A stretch of DNA of 64,000 bases from assembly GCA_002269645.1 (NCBI GenBank), contig NIVC01000522.1, positions 434,001 through 498,000 on the forward strand, given 5' to 3'. The notes under the pieces were generated by a model. It worked only from the letters and a program-made list of their open reading frames with translations. It did no database searches and was not told the DNA's origin. A program made the position numbers and the translations under genes. Positions 39,297 to 50,943 of this stretch are shown here, one piece after another. This DNA comes from Macrostomum lignano (taxonomy: Eukaryota). Positions within the stretch are counted from its first letter, which is position 1. Each line of letters starts with the position of its first letter.

Positions 39297-40361
39297 CTGC
39301 AGCCAAGGACTTCTAGACTAACAGGACGTAAAACTCAAAGATCGTGCAATTTTTTGAAGGCCACGATTTCCTGGAAAAAATACACTGCGAAGATAGGAAA
39401 AAATCTGTTTTTCGTCACAAAATCTGTGATTGTATTTGATCTGGGGCAGTGAAGACTACCATTCTTTTAATTTAACATGCACAATTTGTTACTCTATTAT
39501 ATTTTCATATAGCTGTGTAGTGAAGTTTTCATTTTCATATTGTTTTCACTTTATTTCATAAGCCCAAAGTTGCAAACTCACAAGTGGCATTAGCCAAACT
39601 TTTTGTGTTGTTCTTTTTAGAATAAAGTATAAAAACATTGCATGTAGGTACTCTTAGTCTTAAGCTATTATTGTAGGTTTAGTAACTATGCTAATTCCTA
39701 GGCCTACTAGAACTAGACCTATCACTACACTATCTAGCCTAATAAGTAATTAAATTTAGACAATGACTTAGAGATTAGTATATTTAGATTTTTTTATTAT
39801 ATATAGATTACCAATAAATAGTTTCATATGGTTGGTTACCTAGGCTTGAGAAAGCTGTATTATCAGTTTTTAAGCCAAGCCTATATTTAGGACTAAGATT
39901 TAAGAAGAATAGACTTAATCACAAAAATAGGCCCTAACCATTTTTACTAGGTATCTATAAGAAAAAACATTGATTAGTCCTTTTATAACTTTTATTTTAA
40001 AGGCTAAAAATATTATTATATTACAAATTTGAATAGCTTTTCTTTTCTTGAATTTGATATTTGGCTAATGCCACTTGTGAGTTTGCAACTTTGGGCTTAT
40101 GAAATAAAGTGAAAACAATATGAAAATGAAAACTTCGCTACACAGCTATATGAAAATATAATAGAGTAACAAATTGTGCATGTTAAATTAAAAGAATGGT
40201 AGTCTTCACTGCCCCAGATCAAATACAATCACAGATTTTGTGACGAAAAACTGATTTTTTCCTATCTTCGCAGTGTATTTTTTCCAGGAAATCGTGGCCT
40301 CCAAAAAATTGCACGATCTTTGAGTTTTACGTCCTGTTAGTCTAGAAGTCCTTGACTGCAG
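39297..40361. mobile_element. Non-autonomous foldback DNA element with about 302-bp terminal inverted repeats
   Basis: 39297-39598 is the reverse complement of 40060-40361 with about 4 mismatches; non-coding AT-rich spacer; sits at a CTGCAG palindrome. Confidence 0.9.
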
Positions 40362-40899
40362 CTCAGGTGACAAAGACTAAAAGGATTTGTCAGCATCCTT
40401 TCTAAGCCAGATTAGCTTACAATAGGGTCTCACACAGTTATTGATGCTGGCTTGTTAGCTAGACTGATGGTTGTACCTGCATCATTTCTAGGAGAATAAT
40501 ATACCCATGCAACAACAGCTACGAGCAATCCCCTACTTAGGGAAGTGAAGCAACGTCATTGACGATTACGGCTCGTATAACATTAGCTGTCATAATATGA
40601 CCTGAATTCAAATAACAGTGTAAGAAAAGTCCGAAAAAGACTTGAGCAGGCGACACGCGCGTTATTCGTGATAAAACACTTCACCCCAGATTTTTTTATG
40701 TTCTAAAAATATTCATAGAAAGAGATTTGCAAGAGCGGAAGATGCTCAGTCAGTCAGTCATGCAGTCTGCGCGTGATTTAAAACAATAATTCTGTCAAAC
40801 GCTGCACTCAGTTGACCTTTCCCTCTCTTCCCTCTGCTTGAAGTACGTTTTGCTCGTGGAAGTGTAGCTCGTCTAACAAATAGTAGGAAAATAAACGTC

Positions 40900-41300
40900 A
40901 ACAAAAACATAAAAAGTAAACTTTGTTTAATTCTAGCCAACGCGTTTCGTCAAACACAAGACGTCGTCAGGGCAAATTCAATCAACCTAAGATCACACCA
41001 CCAATTTTTTTAAGCAAAAATCACTGTAGCTCGTACAGTCCAGAGGCGGGTCAAAACAGTCCGGTAGAATTAAGAAAGTGCCAAGTACACAACAAAGTGA
41101 GAGAGAGAAAAAAATAATAAATAGGCACGGCTCTGCTCACAGTACTCTTAGCTCACGCTCCACCCCATTGCCAGCAAGCTGCACATTCAGGTTGGGTTTG
41201 TGCATTCTGATATACGAAGCTTCGATAATCTTAAGCTTATGGTCAAATTTGCACCCATCCAGCACTTTAAAGCCTACGTTTTGCTCGTTATAGAATGTAC
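40900..41300 (-). mobile_element. 5'-truncated Penelope-like element (GIY-YIG C-terminus plus 3' UTR/pLTR)
   Basis: FKVLDGCKFDHKLKIIEASYIRMHKPNLNVQL matches the PLE endonuclease C-terminus; stop at 41137; hammerhead about 160 nt downstream. Boundaries approximate. Confidence 0.75.
40935..40975 (-). ncRNA. Minimal type I hammerhead ribozyme, intact core
   Basis: Minus strand GCC-CTGACGA-C-GTC/TTGTGTTT/GAC-GAAA-CGCG-TT-GGC with palindromic ACGCGT helix III, the known PLE-type architecture. Confidence 0.85.
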
Positions 41301-42787
41301 TGGAAAGAAGACAGGCTTCTCGCTCCTGCTCCTCTCTGTGTTTTGATTGTGTCTGCTCACAGTTATTTGATGTCAAAAGTCGGCGGCACAAGCTAGGGCA
41401 CTGCTACAGTTTTTCCATTACTGTAAAGCAGAAAATAAAAGTTCAGAAAAAACATCAAAACCAAGTGTGACGTTTATCAACCGGTTTGTAATTAGGATGG
41501 GTGAATGATGCATCCTCGTGATTCTTTTACCCCTTACTGAATCATATACGGATAATCGTGGTGACAGAACTAGCTCGTATATATTTTCATTGTAAATGAT
41601 AGCTTGATAAACATTTGATTATTAGCTGTTAAACATGATGCATACTTTGACGTGTAATTTTTATTGTTGACACCGCATGCCAAAGCTTATTAAAAATTTA
41701 ATAAGTCAAATAATAAAATTTTTCGCACAACAAATATAAAACAGATATTGTGACGTTGCTAGTTAAGGAGGTCCCGCAAAAGGGCCGTTGGACTGTAGTT
41801 TCCCTTGCAATTTCTCATTTAAATTTCCCCAACAGTTTATTTTAACGTTTACTTGTAGTAGCGTGCAACTAATCTGTATCAATTGCTAATTCACTGTGTA
41901 TTTGGTAGGCCTTGCGTTTGTCTGTAAAATCTAGCACGATCGATAATTTCAAGTTCTCTCGCCAGCCAATGAAAACTCTCCGCGTGTATTATGCTAGCCC
42001 TCTGCGCTCTTTATTAACCCCCGCCTGGCGGCGGGCTGGGAGGTCTTCACTTGCTCCCTCTTGCTCCTGGCTCTCTCATGTAGCGTTCCCTGCGCTCTCT
42101 CGTTTTCCTTCTCTCTCGCCACGGCTCCACTCGCCAGCCAGACTGTTTACGCCTCTCCCGCCAAGTTGACTCTACCACGGCTAACGCCAGCTCACCACCG
42201 TTCTGCCTACTCACGACCGCTACTCTCTGCCATTGCCTCATCGCCATCCTTCATCGTCTACTCATTTTATCATTAACTCGTTGTTGCAGCCGCCAGTGCC
42301 CATATCGTTATTGCCTTTGTACTACTATTAATACTTTAGAGACAAATATAAAGCCACGACTTCAACGTTAATTAATCATCAGTCTCTTCCTAAGTGCTAC
42401 CGCTACACGAAACCGCTACACCGCCATTGTTCAATTAACCTTCCTTTTGGACTACAACGACAACTCTCGTTAAAACGGCCCTCTTAAGGGTCATAGCTAC
42501 TACTACTCAAAACGTGACAGATATATTCAACTAAGAGCGAAGTTTTAGATTTCTCTTTAGAAATTATTCAGCAAGAGGTTTACGACATGAAATATTTTAT
42601 AATTTACTTCTTCGCGTTATCAGACGATTTCACGACAAGGGTAAGAAAGGTACCAGCCCAAACACAATAGGCCAAAATTGTGATGTGAGTAAACAGTTAA
42701 ATATGGGAACTACAGCGTCTTTCCTTTTTAAAGCTCGAGTTGTCAAAAACCTTCGTCTATTAAATTAGTTTGTGACACTGTGAACCG

Positions 42788-43027
42788 CTATTTGTTGCGG
42801 CTCGCCACCTTCAGCTGGTGCTCAATGGTCGCATGGACGACGCCCTCAGTGCCCAGCAGGATCTGCTCCCGCTGCTCCGCAGTCCACGAGTCCGCTTCGA
42901 ATCGGAAGTGCTGCATGAAGGTCACGAAGAACAAGAACACCTCCATGCGAGCCAGAACCTCTCCGAGACACGAGCGCTTACCGACTCCGAATTGATTCAA
43001 AGGCTCCAACGCCTTGTACTGACCGGG
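42788..43027 (-). pseudogene. CYP remnant D: 3' part of exon 2 only
   Basis: GQYKALEPLNQFGVGKRSCLG...KVASRNK*; 5' side broken by the 20-bp minisatellite; no exon 1. Confidence 0.9.
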
Positions 43028-43105
43028 GTGAAGAGACAGGGGTGCCAACGAAGAGACAGGGGCGCCCACCAAGAGACAGGGACGCCCACCAAGAGGCGGG
43101 GGCAC
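43028..43105 (+). repeat. 20-bp minisatellite, about 4 copies, at the CYP remnant breakpoint
   Basis: AAGAGACAGGGGCGCCCACC units directly abut the CYP sequence. Confidence 0.9.
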
Positions 43106-43384
43106 GCCAACGAGTCAGCCTGGTGTTTTCAACAAAGTTGCTGACTTCCGCGATTACAGCGATCGACACCGTCCGGCAAGACTATGCGGGACTGCTGCGT
43201 CCAGCCGTCAGTATCAGACAAATTCCAGACCACATGAAATAGCTCGAATATCAAAATGACGATGTTTTGTGTGCCGTTGGTCTTCAAGACCTTCACTACA
43301 ATGGCTCTATAATAACTTCAATTACCAGTGTAAGACCTAAAAAACTGCAAGAGGCGTCGGATTCGACAAACTTTTCATCTGCGA

Positions 43385-43740
43385 GCCATCTGCGCAGATG
43401 GCCAGAGACAGGGGCGCCCACCAAGAGACAGGGGCGCCCACCAAGAGACAGGGGCGCCCACCAAGAGACAGGGGCGCCCACCAAGAGACAGGGGCGCCCA
43501 CCAAGAGGCAGGGGCGCCAACCAAGAGAAATGGGCGCCAAAAAAGTCAAATATTGCATGGTCCTTTGGTTGGCGGCCTCATCAAATTAAACTGCTGCGTA
43601 CGGTACTGAGCAAACTGTAGGCACTGCCGAAATAATCACATCTGATAGAGGGCAGGAGCAGAGTAGAGAATTCTTTGCTTTGCGAGCGTGTATCAATAAG
43701 TACAACGAGTCTGAAAAACCGTGAAACGGGTTTGTAAAGA
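43385..43740 (+). mobile_element. Minisatellite-bearing dispersed element (20-bp array plus about 200-bp conserved flank)
   Basis: The array at 43405-43540 is followed by TTGCATGGTCCTTTGGTTGGCGGCCTCATC...GAAAAACCGTGAA, shared with 62500-62688; 18-bp palindrome at 43385-43402. Confidence 0.7.
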
Positions 43741-44108
43741 TATAAAAATGAACGAAACTTATCGACAGTGTTTGTTATAAGAAATTAGAAGCTATTATTT
43801 ATTGTATATCTAAAAAACAATTGTCCAAAAAATCTTTCCAATCAAACAAGTCTCTTCATTTTATAGTTTTTGAAAAGAAACTATATTAGAAATTTTCCTC
43901 ATAGTAAAGCAACTAATTTGACTTTCAATCGCAGATAATCTACAGAAATTCTTGCTCTAACCACTGAAATTAAACGCTGCATTCATTACTGATATCGCGC
44001 CTTGGGTTCGAGAAGGTTCTTCGCCATCAACTTGCGAGGCTGACACAATGCCCAAACTGACTCTGCAGTTTAAATAGGAAAGTGTTTTTAATTTTAATTT
44101 TAAAGTCG

Positions 44109-45758
44109 CTAATTTTCGCGGTTCGCCACCTTGAGCCGGTGCTCGATGGTCGCATGGACGACGCCCTCAGTGCCCAGCAGGATCTGCTCCCGCTGCTCCG
44201 CAGTCCACGAGTCCGCTTCGAATCGGAAGTGCTGCATGAAGGTCACGAAGAACAAGAACACCTCCATGCGAGCCAGAACCTCTCCGAGACACGAGCGCTT
44301 GCCGATTCCGAACGGATTCAAATACTCCGACGCCTTGTACTGACCCTCCGGAGTAAGGAAGCGGTCAGGATCGAACTTGTCCGGGTTGGGGAAGTATCGC
44401 TCGTCATGATGAAGGCCGTACAGGTTGACGAAGATCATGGCATCGGAGGAGATGTTGTAGCCACTGAACTCCGTGTCCTGTGCAAAGTAGGATATCAAAG
44501 ATTATACTTTAAGATATAGCAAGTGCTCCTAAGTGTACATTCAGCTAATGTTCTTATACTATTAATAAGGATTTCTGACAGTACACATAGAATTCCCCCC
44601 TAAGAGTATATACAATACCTCAATAGCCCGATGGTCGACAGACATTGGCGCAAGAGTAGAAATACGTTGACACTCGTCCAGAAACGCCTGGCAGTAGTGC
44701 AGCTCCTTCTTGTCCTTCAGGCTGGCTTGTCGCTTGCCGATCTTGGCCATGATCTCAGCGTGGCAGCGGTCCTGCAGCTCCGGGTTCAGCGCCGCGTAAA
44801 TCAGACTCCAACCGAGGGTGTTGCTGGTCGTGTCGACGCCTGCGATGTACAGCTCCCAGATGGTCTTCACCAGCTGGAAGTCGGTGAATGTTCCCAGGTC
44901 GACGCCCCGTCTGTGCTGCTCTTGCAGATAAGCCTCCACATAGTTGCTGGGCTCGTCGTCGACATTGTACTTGCGGCGGATCTCCTCCACTTTTCGTTTG
45001 CTGAGGTCCTCGACCCACGTAATAGCGTCGAACTGTTTCTTGTTTGCTGGAGACAAGGCGAGCGCCGTTTCGACAGGCATGAACCGATAGAATGCGGTGA
45101 TCAGGCCCACAAGGTTTTGGTTAGTCAGACTTCCGAGCTTTCCTAGAAACTCGTTGAACTCGGGGTCCTCATAGCTACTGAAGTTGGAGAAGATGAACCG
45201 AGTGACCACATTGGCCACGGCCTTGCTGATGAAGTCTCGTGGATCAACCAGCTGACCTTCCTTCGACCTCAGAAAGTTCACGACTTGCCCAGCCTCATCC
45301 TGGATGTGTTCCTCCGAAGCGTTTCGACCGAACCCGAAGTCCTTGAGAACGCGAAGTGCAAAGCGTCTGTGCTCCTGCCACAGAGCGCCCTCAGAGCTAA
45401 CAATTCCGGCCTCTTTGAAGAGAAACCTGTGAAAGTTGGTGTTCGACCGGCCATTGAACTTATCTGCATGCGTTACGAACATCTCGCGCAAAGCTGGATA
45501 ACCGGACACTAAGATAAACTCTTGGGTTCCGAGTCGAAATGAGGCAAGGTCTCCGAACTTCTTCTGGATCTCCTGCATCAGCAGGAAAAGTCGGTAGCGC
45601 TTGTCGTTGGCAGTTCGCCACATGACCAGAGGCAGCAGGCCGAAGCCGGGAACGCCGACAGGGCCCGGAGGCGACTTACTGAGAGCTCGCTTGATGTAGG
45701 CATAGGCGCAGATGGCCAGGCCGATGGCAGACGCAAAAATTGGAACTGTACCAAGCAT
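44109..45758 (-). CDS. Cytochrome P450, CYP2 clan, paralog B; exons 45758-44619 and 44477-44109; 502 aa
   Basis: Same motifs as A (AGVDTT, DECQR, PDRF, FGIGKRSCLG); 141-bp GT-AG intron at the same position. Confidence 0.95.
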
Positions 45759-47831
45759 TTGTCTTGAGGTATGTATCTAGCTTTTTCAACAAGAAAGAAG
45801 AGCCTTACTAGAAGAGAGTCTTACTAAAACTGCAATATCTAAATTTTCTTTGCGTTTAAAAAACTGTGTGCCAAGTTTTTTTCTATGACGACAGACGACT
45901 GACCATTTTCCTTCAAAGCCTTGCAGCTGTGCGAATAATTGTACACATCCTGCACTTTTGCGGCCCAGCCCTATTTACTCTCTTCTCTTGCCGCTGGGCA
46001 TTGGCGGTCTCTGGGGCTTGAGCTTGGTTTGAGAGGTTTGCTGGGCAAACATTGTCTAGATAAAGCTGTCTCTCTGTAGTCTGCAGCTCATTTGGCCAGA
46101 AAAATAACGCTCTACACCAAGGAGTTTTAAAGTAAGATTCTAGAGTTGGAGACTGTTTAAAAAATTGGCGTCTTTGCAAAGTCCTCAATTATCTCTTGAC
46201 ATGACAGATGATTTATAAAATATGGATTTGTCTCAAAACTGAACCTACCACTCTGAGGATTGATTGAAAACTAAATCTTTTCTGATACATTTATAACAAA
46301 AATCAAACTGCTAAAGTATATTATACTTGTTTTGGTCTGTGAAGAAGCAAAGTAAATTCAGTTTTTTAAAACAATTTTGACGCATTTAAAAAATTATACC
46401 TTACAGTTTTAAGATTAGCATGATTCTGCAATGCTGTGTACAAAGTAGTCTTCTCTTTTCTTGCGTGCAAATGAAGAAATAGCACCAACAAAACGTCCAA
46501 GAACGCCCTGGTTGAGAGCCGCTGGCTCTCCAGAATTCTATCAAAAATTAAGATCGTTCATGGATTACACTATGTAAGCTTTTACACTGCGAAGTAGGAC
46601 TAAATTTCTTCATAAACTCAAGGTAGACTCAAGCTGTCTCTTGAGGGGCAAAATATATTGGCGGTCAGGTAGGCAGGCACACACGAGTAAATCTTGGCGT
46701 TCTAAAGCACTTGTGGATGCTTTGAGCTGCCAGGTTATTTTCAATTCTTCAGTATCTCAGTCGTTATTTATTCAACTCAACACTGAAAATGGGTTGCAAT
46801 ATTCCAGAGTTTTTGTGTGCAGTGCGAGCTGCAGTCTTCGTCAGAGATGCACTCAAGTGTTTTTTTGCCCTCAGGCAAATCGTTTTGGCCCTCGTTTTTC
46901 CTGTGTCTATAATTCTTTTGCTTTGGATAATAGGCGAAATGGAAGTAATGCCATCAACGACATTTCCTGTGCATTTTAAAGATAACTGCCATTGCTTCGG
47001 TTTGCTAGTTGCTTTCGTTTACCTTCCAATATTAAGTGATGCGTATCTAAGACAAAGTTTTCCACAACAGTCAAATTTGATCCGTGAGATTTTTCAATTG
47101 CTTGCTGTAACGGTTAACGTGTGTGATTGATTGATGCAGTGAATAAGACAAAAATGCCTCTCCTCTTGAAATTGATTTCTATCGATGGGCAATAGCTTTC
47201 CTACTAGCAGCAACGGTAGCACTGCGGGCTATTTGCCATCCCAACGAGTCAGCCTGGTGTTTTGTCAATCGGGCGAAAATGTAACACCGATTTTATTCAA
47301 CAAAGTTGCTGACTTCCGCGATTACAGCGATCGACACCGTCCGGCAAGACGATGCGGGACTGCTGCATCCAGCCGTCAGTATATGTCGAGAAAATAATAA
47401 GAGTAAACAACACACTACGTTTAAATTAGATGTTAAATTGAATAAGGAGCCAGTAAGTGGGCGCAGGGCCCAAACAAGTATAATTATTTACGTGGTTGAG
47501 AGAGGGGGGAGAGAAAAGATAAGAAGAAATGGGTAAGAAGGGCGAGGGCTAAAAATGCTCTAACGAGACAGAGAGGGGGGGCTGACTGAAAACTCACCGA
47601 TCGATAATTGGAAAACTAGTTAATGAAGACAAAGTCTTTTCGCCCCAGTGAGCTTTGGGGTTGGAATTTTATAATACCTAGTGTTGTATCGATTATTTAG
47701 ACTTTCAAGGCATTATTAACGCTGATGCTCCTAATATTTTGCGTCGTGTCATACATAAAGTTAGCCTAATAGATAAAGTAGGGCGAGAGTTGTAAAATGT
47801 CTCTAACGTCAAATGATTTATAGGAAGGGAA

Positions 47832-48610
47832 TTAGGGATGTCGATTCCCCAGGGAATTATCTTATCGGGGACCCCGGTGAAAAGAAAAAATAAGTTAAAA
47901 CGGCGGATCACTTAGATTGTAAGTGGAATTTTTTAAACTTTGATTTAAGCTTTGTACTACATGTTCAAGGCGCAGGGGTAAAAATTTTAAACAAAGTTTT
48001 TTTAAACTGTATTTGACAATGTGGCATCACGAAATCGTGCGCGCACCTTTATCGGAAAAGTGCATTTGTTGGAATGCATGCTAAACAGCTACGCTCGTGA
48101 GAGGATAATTAATGAATGAGACTGTTTTTATAATCGGAATTTTATTTCTTGCATATATATGTAAATCACCATTTTGTCCTTGTCTAATAGGGAGTATATG
48201 TATGACACCCCCTATGCGTCAGTGCCTGACGCATGACGCAGCGCTGCGCCTGCGTCAAGCCGTCAACGCAGACCAACACAGCAGTCACTAGTCAGTAAGG
48301 CTTCTTTTTCCTGACGGGTTTCTTTTCTACGTGCAATTTGCTTGATTGAATGACTTATTAGTGAAAAAACAATCAAACGTGTGTTGTGTTTCAAATACAT
48401 GTAATGCATTGAAATAAGCAATTATGCGGTAAAAGAGCATAGACAGAGTTTCAATCAGCTTTCTGTGAATCAGTTTCTTATTTTAATGGCAAAAATTAAG
48501 TTACAAATGCATTTTTTCATATTTTTTCTCCCCAGGGTCCCCGGTTAAATTCCCCGGAGAGTATTCCCCGACAAGCTCCCCGGGGAGCACTCCCGGGGTC
48601 AACATCCCTA
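47832..48610. mobile_element. hAT-type MITE, about 780 bp
   Basis: TAGGGATG...CATCCCTA termini, imperfect subterminal GGGGACCC/CCCCGG repeats, 8-bp TSD GAAGGGAA at 47824-47831 and 48611-48618 (one extra T on the left). Confidence 0.8.
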
Positions 48611-50777
48611 GAAGGGAAACTACGAGCATAAGTTCTGCAACACATATACAAGTAGCTAAGCATTAATAGACGCACTGCACCGATAAAATGTAATGGAATT
48701 GCTCGAATCACCGACACCAAGACCCATAAAACTGGAGAAACTGGCAGGATATAGTAGATACATGTAGGTCAGAATCAGAAGTGATCATGGGTGGGTGGGT
48801 CAAGTGATCATGGGTTCGACCTCGATTGTATTATTCCTTCTTAATCTTATGCAATTAATTGTAAATTAGGTATGAAGTAACAGTAATTATCCTTGACCAT
48901 GCTAGAGTAAAGACAAGTCAAAGTCAAGTTAATAAAAATAGACACACAGTGTAACAATAACAATGGTTTTTAGAGCCATTTTTCTTGTCTGTGTTTGTCT
49001 TTGTACATACATGTACATTTGGGAAGACTTATCTGGACCCAATCCCTTCTTATTCTACATGTACGCTGTTTTGGGTATGGGGGTTAGAGTTGGGCCGTCT
49101 GACACCCCCTCCCCCCCCTACCATAGTGGACTGGAGAGAAAGAAGCACATGCTATCGCTATTGGCTAGCCTGTCGTTCTCTTTCTCTTTACCTTCTGTCT
49201 TGTGTAGCGTACACTATCCAATGCACAAGGCCCAACTTTCCACTAAAGGAAGGTTCATATAGTCCGCCCATGGGCTTCCTCTTGCTTTCGCGTACACTCA
49301 AGGCCACTCACTCTCAACACCAGCCACTAGAGGCTTGTTTTAAATAATCGATCGATAATATTAAATGTACACTTGAAAGCTTGCTTTGGATCCTAGCAGA
49401 AGGGGGAGAAAGTGGCCAAGGCCACCACACCCCACAAGGCAGGCAGGCCGGCCCGAGTGCGATAACGAATGACAAAAAAATAGAAAAGTACAATTTACAC
49501 ATCAACTTTCAATACAATAAATACAATAATAGGTACGGTATTAATGACAGTGTATTTTCGCACAAAGTAGCTACGTTCAAACCACCAGCACGTAAACAGC
49601 TAAAATTTCACTGTTTATGAAATTTTATAAAATTTAACACATCATTTTAGATATTGAAAACTTTTAAAGGAGGGTATTACTGTTACATGTGACTATAAAA
49701 TCGTGGTAGGTATAGCTGATGATGAAACTGGTGATTGGTATCTAGCTTTTTTGATAACTTAGCCGGTTAGACCCCGAAATAGCTATTGTAATTTGTAACG
49801 CTGGAGCCAAATACAAATACAATGGAGCAATTAGTTTCTCTCAAATCTGTCTCTGCCAGTGCCAGTTTAGTCCATAGTAAGTAACCAAAGTAAAATACCC
49901 ATTAGTGGTCCCGTTTCTAATGTTTATAAATATTAAGCTTCAGTTTACTTTTGGCACAGTATGCAATTTTGAAAATTCACCCTAATAACGGTTTGCACCA
50001 GCAGGAAAGCAACTATTTTGTTGTTGGAAATCGGATTAAGCAGTCAAAAGAGTGTATTTCTATGAAAAAAGGTACTTTTTTTCCATTTTTTCAAATATTT
50101 AAACAGGTTTCGCTCTTTCAATAAAAAAATCATCGCAGTACCTTAAAGTACAGTTAGTTTGGAATTAGATGACGGCGTTGAATTGTTTCTTCCATATTCC
50201 AAAAATTATAATGAGCACTTTTCCTCAAATCAGTTTGAGATCATGATTTTTAGTCTTTCGTCGATAACTTTCTGATTTCAAATGTTTAAGAATTGAAAAC
50301 TTCCACACTTGTGTATCTTTGAATTGCGCATCAATTGGTGCATAGTATGTATGCTTAACTATTAGCAGTATAGAAAAAAATGCAAAAAACTGTAAAAGTA
50401 CATTTTCAATTTTTGCATTTTTTGCAACCAAAGTGCCAACTTTTTAATACAATTGAAAAAAACAACCCAATAATGTTATGCATCTTAGTAAGGCGCACCT
50501 ATAACCCTCGAACATTTTTAGCTCGAGTTTTAATGTGCATGAGGAAATGCACTTTTGTAAAGACATAATCTTAAGACAAACATTTCAACTGAAGCCTGTT
50601 CCTTTTCTCCGCAGTGAATCCATACAAAACTATACTCGTTAAATAGATCAGATTCTTCTCTTTAAAATGACACCTCACTTGTGAAATTCGCACTTGTAGT
50701 TTTGAAGTTACAGCAGTTTTTGTGAGATTTTTCTTGTCATTTTTTCGATGCACACGTCTCATATTATTATATTCGTC

Positions 50778-50943
50778 ACAAGCCAGACCACCCAATGCGC
50801 TTCGCGCATTGGCTGGCTGTTTGTTCCTCATGCTCGGCACTTTGTGCCTCGCGCGTTCGCTCCGCTCACCCCACAAACCCAAGGACACGCGCTTCGCGCG
50901 TGTCCTTGGGTTTGTGGGTTTCGCGGAGCTCACTGGGAACAAG
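50778..50943 (-). other. About 165-bp cassette of triloop hairpins, possible non-autonomous rolling-circle element
   Basis: Perfect 9-bp (50792-50812), 5-bp (50836-50848) and 23-bp (50870-50918) stems with TTC/TTT loops; ACAAG at both ends. Confidence 0.5.

Noticed and set aside
39600-40060. AT-rich spacer as a mitochondrial insertion
   Set aside because: No mitochondrial protein, tRNA or rRNA motif could be recognised in any frame.
41764-42490. Possible TTAA-flanked element with GGGCCGTT inverted motifs (Kolobok/piggyBac-like)
   Set aside because: The terminal match is short and offset; ends could not be fixed.
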